From Camelus ferus (lineage: Eukaryota), in contig NC_045696.1 of NCBI RefSeq assembly GCF_009834535.1, forward strand, positions 116,562,001 through 116,626,000: a DNA stretch of 64,000 nt. Reading direction: 5' to 3'. Of the stretch, positions 24,810 to 38,729 are shown piece by piece (positions within the stretch are counted from its first letter, which is position 1; the number at the start of each line of letters is the position of its first letter). Made by a program: the position numbers and the translations under genes. The notes under the pieces were generated by a model. It was not told the origin of the DNA. It did no database searches and saw nothing but the letters and a program-made list of their open reading frames with translations.

Positions 24810-25030
24810 GGGTTCCAATCTCCACTTCTCCATTTGCTTCATATGTAACCTTAGACAAGTCACTAGATCTCTTTAAGCCCCCGTTTTCTTCTCTTTGATG
24901 GGGAATCACAAAGCTACATATTTTATAAGATTATTAGAAGATTAAGACTAGGATTAAAATAGCCCATGGAAAAGATTTAGCAAAACACCAGCCTATCACC
25001 ATTGTTCAATAAAGACTAGCATTTATTACT
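24810..25030 (+). mobile_element. MIR SINE
   Basis: gggttccaatctccacttctcca...gtaaccttagacaagtcact...ctctttaagccccgtttt. Confidence 0.7.
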
Positions 25031-25045
25031 TTTATTACTTTTTCC

Positions 25046-25767
25046 CTCAGACTGTTAAAAATAAGAAAGAAATTGGCATGCATTAGCATTAAATTGAATG
25101 ATTCTTATCAAAGTCAGTACGCATTTCTTTTTCTTCCCTTCCCCCATTTGTCCTGTTTATGCCTTTGCAAGAGCAGAGCAATGACAGCCACTTTCACTGG
25201 TGTACTTAGGGTTGAAGAGGCTGTTCTCCCCTCTTTGACACAAATCCTCTTTAAGGGTGGCAAATACTAATTACTGACGTCAGAAACAGAAGGGCTGTAA
25301 AGGAGAAAGAAGTGTGTGTGAAGGCAGTCAGCAAGACAGCTCTTCTGAGAAAATGTGTGCAAGTGACAGGCATCAGAGTATCACTAATTGTTCCAGTACG
25401 GGACAGGCTCACAACTTCTGAGCATAAGGCTATTTGTCTTAAAACTGGCAAAGCAGCTTGATGAAATGGTACCGTATAAATACATGTGAAAGTTAAATTT
25501 CATTAGTAACTATTATAAATAATAAGAGCAAGACAACACACCCGCAACTCATTTTCTGAGGGAAAAAAAAGAAATTGAGAACAAATTATATAAAAATAAA
25601 CCAATTTTTAAGTCTGTGTGCACTTCTATCTAGTTAATAACAGCAAAGGAGACAAGCTAGTAAGTACAGTGTTATAAAGTCGAGAGAATGCATCTGACTT
25701 TGATAAGAGAGAATGCTCAATTTAATACTAATGAATGCTAACTTCTTTCTTTTCTTGACAGTTTGAG
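25046..25767. repeat. Diverged ~80-bp inverted repeat pair (25046-25125 and 25685-25767)
   Basis: ctcagactgttaaaaataagaaagaaattggcatgcattagcattaaattga...cttatcaaagtcag aligns with the reverse complement ctcaaactgtcaagaaaagaaagaagttagcattcattagtattaaattga...cttatcaaagtcag. Confidence 0.85.
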
Positions 25768-26717
25768 AAACTCTTGTTTCTATGCTGCAATGACGCTCAT
25801 TGATTTTGTCTTCAAAGATTTTGGGGAAAAAATGTAAAAATCTTTTGCCTTGTGGAGAAGACAATGCAAATGACTATTAGGATTTTTTTTTAACTTCCAC
25901 AATTCATGTTCTTTTTGAAAGAGGTACCAGAGAGCTCCTGCTTCCCACTCCCTTAAGTAATAATTGGCTGACCCTGTTTGTCTTCTCTTTAATCTGCTTA
26001 CCTCTGCAGAGTGTTCCAGAAAGGAAAGATCCTTTCACCCAGGAGATTTAATTAAAGAAAGAACCGTGCTCACAGTCAGGGATGCAGGAGCAGGTGATTT
26101 GTAATATAGTCTCAGTGTGAATAAGACTGCCCAGAAACCTGCACTTTAGGACTTAGGGGGCCTTCTTACCACTGCCTCAGAGCAGATGCAGATAAGTCAA
26201 CTTGATGATCAACTACTAGGCTTACACATGAAACCTGACAGGTGGCCTCATCCCCTGATGTATTTCCCAGGAAACAAGTCACGTGCCTGGGGCGAGATGT
26301 GTGTCGCTTCTCTGAATGAAGAGAAGTTAGTTTCCATCATCTGTTTCATGGCACATCTTCTATCTTCATTCTTGCACAGTCTCTCTCTCTCTCTCTGGCA
26401 GTGATAGGTTCATGGCTCAAGACAGAAGACACGGGGAGTTATTTTCTCATCTCGACCCCCTGCCATTAAGTGATCTTGAGTATAGGCCAAAACTCATTAT
26501 CTCTTCTGTAAATGTGTAGAGCTCAAACTTTGGCATCCAGTAGAATCCTCTAATGAGCTTTTTCCAGATACACATGGTAGGGATCTTTCCCACTTCTACT
26601 GAAATCAGGAGTTGAGACCAGACAGGTGGTTTTTAAACACGAAAAGAGTCTTCAGGTGATTCTACGTCTATTACAGATGAAGAAACGCTGTTGTACACCT
26701 TGATACGTACACAAGCT

Positions 26718-26872
26718 CAGAGGTTTTCAGCTGCAGCTGCACACTGGCATCACCTGGAGATGTAAAACACTACTCCTGGGTTCCACCTCTGATTTAATTG
26801 GGAACTGGACTTTGAGATTTTTTTTAAGCTCCCTAGGTGATTAGAGTACTCAGCCAAAGTCGTGGACCTCTG
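26718..26872. mobile_element. MER5A-like hAT-Charlie MITE (another degraded MER5-like copy at ~26520-26690)
   Basis: TIR-like cagaggtt...acctctg; body gcacactggcatcacctggag...aagctccctaggtgatt. Confidence 0.7.
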
Positions 26873-29800
26873 CTCTAGCTACATACTCAGCCTAGGTGAG
26901 GAGCAATTTTGAGCATTCAAAGTGCCACATTTTATCTGAATACCTACTGGCACTAATTTTTTCTTACCTTTAATTAATAGCTCCCTTGAAAGGAACGCTA
27001 TCCTGGGAATGCTGCATGTAAGTCTGATGTGCATAAAGGATGCCTATATTCACTTGTTCGTTCATTCATTATTCTTCAACCCCTTCATCACATGAAACAG
27101 TTCTGCAGCAGTGGACGAGAAACACACAGTAATTGCTTTTGTGGTGATTCACAGAAGCTGCTGGACCCAGTGTTTCACATTCTCTTCATCAGCTGGCTAC
27201 TGGGTTTGTTTATGCTCTCTTCTATTGACTTTCTCTTCCCTGTCCCAGATGCTCCATTTTCACCAACTTCTTCCCAGAAGGAATCACATTTCCCACCCTT
27301 CTGGATCTTGTCCCTGTTGCTATCTCTCTGCTTGGATGTCCCTTCCTCTCCCTCACTAACTAGCTAGCTTATATCCATCCTTCCACACCCATCCTGGAAG
27401 TCTCCCAGGACTGGGGTAGATGTCTCTCCATTTCCCACAGTCCCTCAAGTTGGGTAAAACTGGTCAAAAAAGAAATCTATACAAGGGAAGGAAAATATAT
27501 TGTATTTGATGTCAAAATTGAATATATTAAGTGAGTAAATTCTTGGTGGACATGTGGAAGAACAAAGAGGATGAGGGTAAGACTACTGCCATTTAATCTT
27601 ACCATTACAGTTTTGTGGCTGTGCACATGACATGAGCCAAGGGCAGCACTGGGGTTCAACTAAGGGAACAGAGTGTAATGAGGACTGAAATGCACAGGTT
27701 TCTCTCCTAGTTGCTCTGCCTCATTTTAATGATGTTATATGGAGAAAAGACAAAAGTAAACAGCTCTAATAAGAGATTCTAATAAAAGCAATGTTCTAAC
27801 TGGATCTATTTAATTAAAGTTTTGGAGGATTCTATCAGGTTCACAAAGGATGAATCAAAGAGATTTTTTGGGTGTTAAGTAAATGGTTGAATGGAGCATA
27901 TGAGCTGGGAAATTTTAGGAATATGGCAGGTCTGTTGCCTTTTCTGCTGATGCTGTTATAACCTGGGTAAATTAATTGTGTTTGAGAATTCGTATTGTCT
28001 CTGTCGTTCCAACTGGTGCCCTCACTAGATGGGAGAAAGGACAGGAAAAGAATGCAGTCCACTGCCTTGATTACATTCTTCACCCCCTGCTGTTGCTGGG
28101 GGAGGGCGGTGCTGAGCTCCTTCCAAGGGGTTATTTGCTTTTCAAATTGCTCTTTATCCCCTATTCCAATTGTTGGTTTGTCTCTTCTGTCTGCTAACCT
28201 GGATGTAAATTCCTTGAGAGCTATGACTATGGCCTTAATTTGATCTTGCTCACTGGCTGCAAGAACTGGAATATAGTTGGTACTCTGAAATGTACCTTGG
28301 TCGTTAAGTTCTTACTTCTTCAGTGTTCATTAAAAGTTTTGCAATTTTGAAATATCTTGAGCAAAGTAAGGAGAGTGCTGGGAAAATTCAAAAACCGAAC
28401 ATCAGTGCCTTCATCACTACTTCTTAACACTTTATTTTTAACCTCTGGAGACCAACTTCTACAGGTCTTTAAGATTTATACCTTGCTATTTCTCAGGGAC
28501 TTTCTGATTTTTTTCCTGGGAAGACTATTCTTAGGCTGCTGTTCAGTGCCTGAGGGAGGTCCCTCAGGTTTTTCCAAAGACAAGTGTAGATGAGTTTCCA
28601 CCCTGGAGAGGATGTGGATGATGGTGTAACAGGCAAGCTGACACTTCCTTCTTTGAACATGTTTACTTGGCTTTGTGAGGGGAAAAGGGAGTCATAACAG
28701 TGAGATGCCTCTCAAATGACTTAGAAACAGGGGGAGCAATATATGGACCCTGGAGAGTGAAATAAAGACTGGACTGTAGCACAGTCAATCCCTTCAGAAA
28801 CAAGTGAAGTCAATTTAATAAGCCTGAACGGCCCCTAAGCTACAAGCCTTGACTAAAGGTATTTACATATATGGGAAAGAAGGTAACAAAGAGAAGTGGC
28901 TGGTTAGTTTGGTTAATGTAGAAAAAGAAAGATCACGAACATAGGGACTCTATCTGTGCAAACAATCTCCAGGGTTAAAAAAAAAAATCTTAGCAACTAG
29001 CATGAGCACCTGATACCAAAAGCATGTATGATCCTACTGTGAAAATGGATATTTTGGGCTACCAGTTAGTAATAACCAAAGCAAGAATCATACAGTTAAT
29101 TTTCCTACTTTAGTGCCACACTCGCTGTGAACTTTTCTATCTATAACTTGCTGTTGCACAGAGGCCTGCACATTGGAAGAAAAGGTGCTTATCACAGTAG
29201 AATGGATATTCAATGCCAAATGAAAATAACACATCTTACTGCAAATATAATGACTGATACCCTTTTTGTCCATCATCTTTTTTTGGGTGAATGCAATGGG
29301 GGCTCTCCTGATGGAGATATCTCTATTTTCATATTTACTTTCCTTCATATTCTGGTTTCTATATCATGTACCTAGAAAGTACTTAACATGAGTATCCATG
29401 AAAATGAACTAAAATACTGTTGCAAAAGCTACTGCATGATTGCCAAATATCTAGTCCCAAATTTTAAGAGTAGATCATCCTATGACTTTCAAGAAGTCTG
29501 TGTACCTTCTCATGGGTCTCCATATTTTAAAAAGTTAAAAGGAATGGTTTTGATTATGTCTCCCAGTTTATAAAGCTTTTATACATTTATTATTTCATCT
29601 GATCCCCACACCAACTGAGTCCTGTACTGGCACTGATTTCTGTTTCCACATGAGGTTCTAAGATGTTGTTTGTTCAAAGCCATACAAGGTCTACATACTG
29701 GTATGAATGGAAATTGAAAGTAAATTTCTATATCTAAGACCAATAAAATAGCCACATCTCAAATGATTTCTCAGATTAGGGAAAGACATACAAACTTCTC

Positions 29801-31179
29801 CACATCAATCTCAAAGAAAAATCTCATTGAGCATTCTTTGTGGTCACTCTTCTAACCTTTGAAGAATAATTCCTCCATTAAAAAATATTCTGTTCCTGGC
29901 TTTATTTTGTTTATTTGGTTTACTTTTTTATACATTTCCGTAACAAGGAGAAATCACTATTTAAAATTAGATATTTTTTAGGAGAGAAGGTACTGGTAAA
30001 GGAAACTTTAGTTTTCTGCTGGTCGCTGGTGTTACCAAGAGAAGAGACTGGCCATTCGTTATGTTTAACACGTGATCAGTTTAAGATTCATCCAACATAA
30101 AGTAGATTTGGCACTAAATTTAGAAATAATAGCCAGAGAGAACAAAATACACCAATAAATAGTAAGAAAAGTTCTTAGCTTTTAAGGGACATTTCAAGAG
30201 GGAGTAGGGACAGAGAATGAGGAGAGAAGTATCAGGAAGTTGGTTAGAGTCTGGGACAAACTGGAGCACAGCAGCTGAGGAACAAGCCGCAGTGGTGGAG
30301 TCAATGAAAGAACTTTGGGATGATTTCTCTCAGTAACAATTTTAACAAGTTTTTTCTTTATTGTGATGTTTAAGCATCTCCTTTCCTTCCCAGCTCTCCA
30401 AACCTTCAGGAAAGTCAGCTCTGTATACAAATACTTTTTGTGAGGAGTTTGTCTTTGTACAGATCAAGAGAAAAGGCCAAGTTTCAAGTTTGGGTCAACA
30501 CAATGTTGGGAGAAGTTTGTAATTTCAGGTTCATGATGAAATTACTCATAAATTGAATAATTTATCTCTAGAAGAAGCAGATAACTGGCGACCAGCTGAA
30601 CACAAGAGCCGAAGCTCCCAGTCCATTTTCTGGAATCTTAAATAGAGTGCTGGATTTCCCACTGCTGTGACATTGGGTTTAAGCCAATCTTATCTTCATT
30701 TTAAGGGGAAGGGTGACCCTAGCTGGATTCTGGATTCTGGATTACTTCTAATGATTGGTTTATTTCCCCCATAATCTTATTTGATTCATATTTTATTATC
30801 TTCTGGCCAAAACCTGTGCATTAAAATTTTATTAAGTTAGAACATAAAGGATTAATTTGTTCACGGTTATTGCCTGTTATGCAATAAGGCCAACAGGAGG
30901 AAGTGATTGATTTAATAAATGAAGTCTAGAGACCACTTCAGAAGTAGTTCATTTTAAACACTCATTGTCAATACAGTAGGGAGTTTTGGAATTTCTTTTA
31001 AGGATATAAAATATCAGTTAAATTATATGTCTTTACTTGAAAACGAAAGCTAGTACATATTTTAATACTGGTGATGACCCCTCCTATTTATGAAGCAGAA
31101 GTAGACATATATGAAAACAAACCAAGAATTACCTAAGCTTGCTTGTAAGAAACAGCAAATCCATGTGATGGTACTAATA

Positions 31180-31400
31180 ATAGTTACTATAATTAAACAT
31201 TTTACTATAGGGGTAGGGCTAAAAATTTTTATCATATATCTCATTTAATTTTTAAAATTCTACAGTAGGGTAAGTGTTATTATTCTTCTTATACAAATGA
31301 ATAACAAAGATTCGGAGAGGTTAATAAATTGCCTAAGGTCACATAGGTAGAAAGTGTTAAGAGTTTGGACTTGAACTCAGGTCTATTTCATTCCAAAATT
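31180..31400 (-). mobile_element. MIR SINE
   Basis: atctcatttaat...tacaaatgaataacaaagattcggagaggttaataaattgcctaaggtcaca...ggacttgaactcaggtct. Confidence 0.8.
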
Positions 31401-32213
31401 TGCATATACTATTTAGTGGAATCCCGGCAAGACCATGGTCCAGGCAGGACTACTTTAATGAGACTGTATCACTTGGTATATATCAAAGGGATATTCCATG
31501 ATGACTTCCATCATTTAGAATGTAAATCTATGTAGGAAATAAAATCACCAACAATAACTGAGCCTTGGGAGAGCTAATTTAACTTAAAATAAAATTGATT
31601 TCCTCCTTCCATATTTCATGTTCTATGGAACCTAAATTATATACCAGTATTCCAAGTACATACTCCAAAAAATTTGATCAGATTAGGTAATCCTTTGGTC
31701 ACCTCACTTCTAAACCCTTCCTAACCTTTCTCCTGGTTGTTTATACACCTTGACTTCCTACTTCTTGTTCTCTAAACTTTCCTTAATAATCAACACATAG
31801 ATATTGAGAGACTAGTACATGTACTGAAGGTGACAATAAAGAAGTATAAGATTTCTGAGGTGGATCCAGAAGTTTGAGTAGAACAAGAGGAAAAAAGATA
31901 GGAAGGGATGGGATAGGATAAGAAATGAGGGAATAATTTAACATTGGTGCATAACAAAGAGTAGGGACTTAACAGATGTTTGCTGAATGAATAAATGGGT
32001 AAGTGAGTAAGTGGTCAAGTGAATGGATAGATGTCTAAATAAAAGAATGGATAAATGGTTGAATGTATGTGTGAATGGATGGAATACACTGATTTGGAAA
32101 AGATGGTTTTGGAAAAGAGTACAGCAAATCATATCTTGCCTATATGGACTGGGTCCTTTAATAGAGAATCTGGTAAAATTTTTGGCAATAGTTCCAATCA
32201 TCTTAAAAAGGCA

Positions 32214-33860
32214 CAAAGCAATCTACAGATTTAATGCACTCCCTATTAACATATCCATGACATTTTTCACAAAACTAGAACAAATAATCCTAAAATTTAT
32301 ATGGAACCACAAAAGACTCCAAAATGCCAAAGCAATCTTGTGAAAAAAGGACAAAGCAGGAGGTATAACCCTCCTGGACTTCAGACTATCCTACAAAGCT
32401 ACAGAAATCGAAACAGCATGGTACTGGCACAAAACAGACATACATCAATGGAACAAAATAAAGAGTCCAGAAAAAAATCCAGGCACATATGGTCAATTAA
32501 TCAACAACAAATGAGGCAAGCATATACAATGGAGAAAAGACAGTCTCTTCAACAAATGATTCTGGGGAAACTAGACAGCTACATATAGAACAGTTAGATT
32601 AGAACATTCCCTTACATCATATACAAGAGTAAACCATTTAAAAATGGTTTAAAGACCTAAATGTAAGAATGGAAACCATAAAACTCCTAGAAGAGAACAA
32701 AGGCAGAACACTTTTTGATGTAAATCACAGCAATATTTTTTTGATCAGTCTCCTAAGGGGGGAAAAAAAAAGATCAAAAATAAACAAGTGCACAGCAAAG
32801 GAAACTATGGACAAAATGAAAAGACAACCTACAGAATAGGCAAAAATATTTGCAAATAATGTGACTTACAAAGGGTTAATATTTGAGATATATAAACAGC
32901 TCATATAACTCAATATAGAAAAAACAAACAACCCAACACAAAAATAGGCAGAAGACCTGAATAGACATTTTTCCAAAGAAGACATACAGATGGTCAAAAG
33001 CGACATGAAAACATGTTCAACATCACTAATCGTCAGGGAAACGCAAATCAAGACCACCATGAGGCATCACTCCACACTGGTCAGAATGGCTTTCACCAAA
33101 ATGTCTGCAAATAACAAACGTTGGCAAGGATGTGCAGAAAAGGAACCCTTGTACACTGCTGCTGGGAATACAAATTGGTATAGCCAGTATGGAAAACAGT
33201 ATGGAGTTTCCTCAGAAATACTAAAGATAGAAATGCCATATGATCCAGCAAATCCACTCTTTTGAGTATATACCCAGAAAAAATGAAAACACTAATTCAA
33301 AAAGACATGTGCACCCCAATGTTCACAGCAGCACTCTTTATAATAGCCAAGACATAGAAGTAATCCAAGTGCCCATCAACAGATGACTGGATTAAGAAGA
33401 TGTGGTGTATACATACAATGGAATATTATTTAGTTATTAAAATAAGTGAAATTTTGCCATTGTAGCAATGTGGATGGACCTAGAGAGTATCATGCTCGGT
33501 GAAATAAATCAGACAGAGGAAGATAAATAAATATATCACTTATATGTGTAATCTAAAGAAACACAAATGATTGCAAATGCAAAACAGAAACAGACTCACA
33601 GGTACAGAAAACAAACTGGTGGTTACCAAAGGGAGAGAGAAGGGGGAGGGACAAATTATGGTTATGGTACTAACAGATACAAACTACTATGTACACAATA
33701 AATAAGCAAAAAGGATATACCATATAGTTCTGGGAATTATAGTCATTATCTCATAATAACATATAGTGGAATATAATCCACAAAAATACTGAGTCACTAT
33801 GCTGTATACCTGAAACTAACACAACATTGTAAGTCAGTTATACTTCAACTAAAAAATAAA
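32214..33860 (+). mobile_element. 5'-truncated L1 (ORF2 3' third plus 3' UTR)
   Basis: [11 protein letters not shown]...KFIWNHKR and downstream ORF2 motifs with stops; ends tatacttcaactaaaaaataaa; degenerate TSD aaaaaggcacaaag / aaaagggcataaag. Confidence 0.93.
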
Positions 33861-35399
33861 AAAGGGCATAAAGTGACAGATCCTGACTTATGTGCCTCCC
33901 TATTGTTCAGGTTTGAAAAAGTCAGAAGACACCTGGGGACTACATGGTGGAATAAACAAAGGCTCTTCAGTGTTGATATCTAGCAGGAAAGGTTATAGAG
34001 ATAAGCAAATAAAATTAGTTTTTCAATTTGATATAGAAAACATGAATGTTTAACTAAATCCTAAATCTCACATATACTTTGATATTTTTTAAAAATAGTG
34101 CTGAATAGAAAGAAGAAAGATGTTTACACAAAAGCACTGATGACACCAAATGAGAGAATGGGGTGAGAATAGATAAACAGCTTAGCAAGGAACAAGCTTA
34201 CAGCTTTGGAGGCAAAAAAACAGAACAATGCCAAGCTGTGTCTTGCCTCTGCAGCAACAGCACTTTGCATCTCCATCACTAACAGAAGATTACCCCCAGG
34301 GTGCTCTGCCAATCTCCTGGGCCCAGAGAAGTGTGTAGAGTTTTACTTTATATTTTTTTCTTTCCTTAATTCTAAAAGATTGCTGCTCCGGTTTCAGAAT
34401 GAATATGTCACCAGATTTTTGCAGATTTTTGAAATATGGTTCCTTTCTTATGTCACTGACTTTAGGAAACTATCGCTAATTTAAATATTGATTAAATACC
34501 ATATGTTGTAATAGAAAGACATTTTTATGACCCTTGGTAGGTTACTGAGCCTCAATTTTCTCACCTATAGAATGAGGATGATGAGGCTAACTCACAATGT
34601 TCCTTTAAGGACTGTATCCGGTACTCTTTGTGAAAATTTTTCTTGGCTGACTGTGACCACTTCCATGAAATTCTATGATCCTATAAGATTATACTTATAT
34701 TTAATCCTGTATCCTAGACGCTGGGCTTATCAAATAAAGTCACCTGCTATTTCACTATATAGACAGAGACAGCAAATCATTTCAGAAGAATTTCTTTGTT
34801 TTGAGAAGGATGTAGTGTTTCTCTTAGATATGTAATTGTAAGGACAGTAGATCCCCCTTGTAACAGGTCAAAGGTCAGAGGAGGTCACAGTGTTAAGATC
34901 ATAGAGACTCTGTGAGCCAAAGGTTCAAGGCCAAGATACTTCCTTTGATGAGAAGGTATCTAGTGGATTGAGAGGACCTTTACTGGGACCTTTGGTGAAA
35001 CAAAATATACAACAGGAAGAGGAGTCTATAATGGACACCCAATTTCAGTGCTGAGATTTTTGACAGCTTGAGACTGTCATATATATAGCAAACTCTTAAA
35101 CTGAGGTTGGAGATGGCTCAGAGTTTAGGACAGATGGTCCTTCCTTATAGCAGGAGATGAGGGTGTGGCAGCCAGGGTGTGTCTGTCCTTTCCATGGTCT
35201 CTTGGAAACTTTAGAGGTGGCACAGACATTAAAACTAAGCAAAATGGTTCTCTGATAATATGGTATATGAAGCCCAAATACTTCCCTTGGATATTAAAAA
35301 CAGAGAAATTCCCCCCTTCCACCCAAAAAAGTCAAGCTTGAGTCTGATCAGGCCTCTAGACCCACAGGAAATATAGAAATTAATGTAAATTTACAGGAA

Positions 35400-35790
35400 A
35401 TATAGAGGCACACAAACATGTTATATGACAACACAGGTTTGTGACCCATGAAATGCATATAGAGAGATGAACAACCTGGTTTATACATTAAATAAACTGA
35501 AGGGAGAGTGAGGGAGTAAAATAGAGAGGTTAAAAGAGACTGAAGGGACATAGCAATGTGTTGTCGACCTAATGAATTACATGAAACTTTTAGATCCTGG
35601 TTTGAATACACAAATAGAAGATGAAGAGGAGAAAGAGACAGAGAAAAAAATCTGAGTCATGATTGGCTATTCAATGATATTAAGAAATTAATAATTTTCT
35701 TAAATTGACATAGTATTATACTTTTTAAAAGGATTCTTTATCATTTCATCCATAAATGCTTGAAACTTACATATTTAAATATTTATGAGC
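35400..35790 (+). mobile_element. Old L1 3' UTR fragment (L1MC-like)
   Basis: aaagagactgaagggacatag...gatcctggtttgaat...tgatattaagaaatta. Assigned by eye. Confidence 0.5.
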
Positions 35791-38079
35791 AAAATGATGA
35801 GAGTTCAGGTGAGAGAGAAGGCACCTCATTGGCATCACAAGCTAGTGTAGCTGGCCACGCGTCTGAACTGGGAGCACCAGAGAGAATGCAGTTCCTTCCT
35901 CCAGCTAGGATAAGGCAGATGCTCCGTGGTTCCTTTCCTCGATACCTCTTTCTTTAGCAATATCAGAGTTTATTACCAATGCACGGTTTTCTGTGTTTCA
36001 GATATTGTAGTTGGTTTCACTTGGATCTAAATACTTTCTTCAGAACTGAGGAAACCTAGAGTCAGTTAGGGTTAGAAGAAACAAATATCATTGTTCACCA
36101 CTATGCACAAGGCAGGATGTGTTAGATGCTCATGGCACGCTTGCCATCTTGGGTATTTATTTGCACCGTAAGAAGCTCCACAGTGGCTCTTTCCAATGTT
36201 TACAGTGTTTCCCCAACAGCATGACATGGGGTGGTAGAATGCAGCTGGGATAACTTTGGATCTGGTAAAAAAAAGACCCATTTCTGTCAAGAGTGATTCA
36301 CAGGTTCTCATTTTCTCGTGAGACTAGTTTGGTAAAGATTGCATTGGGCTCCATATTTTAGCTCTGAAGCACAGAGGAAATGTTAAACTTTCAATCTCTT
36401 CCCGAATACTATGCTCTAATGCAGACTTTGGCCATTTGCCCTAATGGAAAAAGCATTCCAGCTCAGATTCATCAAATCCATCCATTCATCAATTTATTCA
36501 TTGAATCCATCCATGCATGCATGCATCCATATTTATTACATATCTACTTCTTATCTATATATCTTCTATGTAATTTTTTGGAGAATTTTGATGACAAATT
36601 GATTTTTATGTGATATTTATCATACTTATTGATCACCAACATCAACATTTTGGGGGATATCCTCATATTTCAGTGAAAAAAGTTATGTCAGGAGAAGTCA
36701 GAGTAATTTTAAAAATTAACTTACCCTATAACCTCAGAAAACTGTAATTTTCTTTGCTTAAGGTTTTCCATCTATCAATTGTTAATAAAATATCTTTCTC
36801 CAAAACAAAACAAAACTATCCCAGGAAAGAATCACCAATGATGCTATATTATGCTCCAAAGACAGTTTAAAGAGATGAGATATTATTATATGTTAAATGA
36901 GAAGAAAAGAATGCAGTACTCTTCCAGAATAATCTCTAATTTGTAACATACGGAGTAAAACACATTGAATGCAAATACATAAAAATTTTTGTGTTTCTCT
37001 AATATCCCAACTTTCTATAAGTAAATACATTTATTTATGATCAGAAAAAAATGCTATGAAAGAAATCTGTGAAGATATAATGAGGTAACAAGTGTGAAAA
37101 GCCTAAAAAGCTAATACATAATGTAATTGTTCAAAAGTGCTATTTTGTTTATCAAGTTACTGAAGATCAGAGGAAAGTAATCCAGTGGGTAGATAAGATA
37201 AATAATGGTATCCTATTGTAGTCAATCTAACTATATTAGATTCATCAATCAACTATTAACCATTTTTTTGAGTAAGACACTAGGTTAGGTCCAATAAAGC
37301 TATTTAAATGAGGGAAGGTAAATCAGAAGAATGAATCTGGCTTTCAGGTAGGTTATTTGACCTGGATAAAACAGAGAAGAACTGGAACAGATACTTTGGT
37401 AAGAAAATCCAAGTGTGAAATGTTAGCACTGGAAGATTTGGAGGGTATTTTAATCCAGTGCCCACAATTAACATACCTGAAAGTAAAGGCAGAATGTATG
37501 TGCACTTGCCTACACTCATATGGACAATGTAAGAGTCAGCACTAGAACACAGGTTTAAAAGGCAGGATTGTGTTCAAGGGCATTTTACAGAGGGCTACAT
37601 ATTTTTAAGAATCAGAGGTATAATTAAAATGGGTTTATTTTTCCCCAAACAACAAGATATCCTGAGAAAAGTAGTCTAGGGCTGGTAGTGGGACTCCCTG
37701 CTTCCATCAAAGAAACAGGCTCCTCTGTCCTTCTGTCTCACCATCTTTAGGGACAGCTCCTTCTTGGTGGTGGTCTAGACCAGAAGGACAAAGCAGAAGA
37801 AGTTTCGCACTTAGCCTGCGTTTCATTGGCCAACACTTGAGGCAGCACAGCCCCCTCTAACCACAAGAATCTGAAAAGGCGAGCTTTCAGTCTTCCAATG
37901 ACTGTGGTTGAGAATGGGATGGAAATGAGGTGAGAAAAGGATGCTGAGGGAGCCAACCTAAAGTATCAGCTTTCATGACTCTGAATCCAGGGTTCTTCAA
38001 TAACCCCTTTTCCCTTCCCTGAACTTTGTTCTAAAGGACTGGTTTAAAAAAAAAAAAAAACTAGAGTCTAAAAACTATT

Positions 38080-38330
38080 TAGAAGAGGAGAGAAGGACCT
38101 ACTCACTTTCTTCAAATACTAAAATTATTGCCACATGAAAGGAAATGAACTGTAAATCCTCAAAGAGAGGTCTAGAACTGCAGGTGGGACAACAGGAAAC
38201 AGGTTCCAGCTCAAAATTACTAGAAACTTTCATCTAGTCAGAGGTATCTCAAGGTGGTAGGGCCTGCTAGGCAAAGCGGTTTGTTCCATTGTTCAGAGAA
38301 TTCAGGGACAGGCAAGGAGACCAATAAGGA
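38080..38330 (+). mobile_element. L3/CR1 LINE fragment
   Basis: ttcttcaaatact...tgccacatgaaag...caggttccagctcaaaattactagaaactttc...gtcagag resembles the L3 3' region. Confidence 0.55.
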
Positions 38331-38474
38331 CTTACAAAAATAACTAAACCTCTAGTATAAGTGACTTTACGCAGACTTCTTCCAGACTGCATGAGATAGT
38401 CTTCAACCACACTAGTGATGAGAGGTAACTTTTAAAAAGCATCTCAGGATGCTTTTCAAATGGAGACAACAATC

Positions 38475-38705
38475 ATAATATTTATTGAGGGCTTTCTATG
38501 TGCCAGATACTCTACTAAGCCATTTACATGAATTATATCATTTAAATCTGGAAACAACCCTATGAACTAGGTGCTATTATCATCTCCAATTCACAGATGA
38601 GAAGAACAAAGCACAGAGAGGTTACATGACCTGCCCTAGCCACACAGCTAAGTGACAGACCTAAATCCAGGGATTCTAATGCCAAAGCTTGCCCTCATAG
38701 CCACT
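38475..38705 (-). mobile_element. MIR SINE
   Basis: tttattgagggctttctatgtgccagatact...acaaccctatgaactaggtgctattatcatctccaattcacagatgagaa...gaggttacatgacctgccc. Confidence 0.88.
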
Positions 38706-38729
38706 CTCCTATTCACAAGTGGATGAATT

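Noticed and set aside
31980..32085. (GAAT/GGAT)n-like tract as a satellite
   Set aside because: It is the expanded simple-repeat tail typical of L2 3' ends; an antisense equivalent lies at ~36465-36545.
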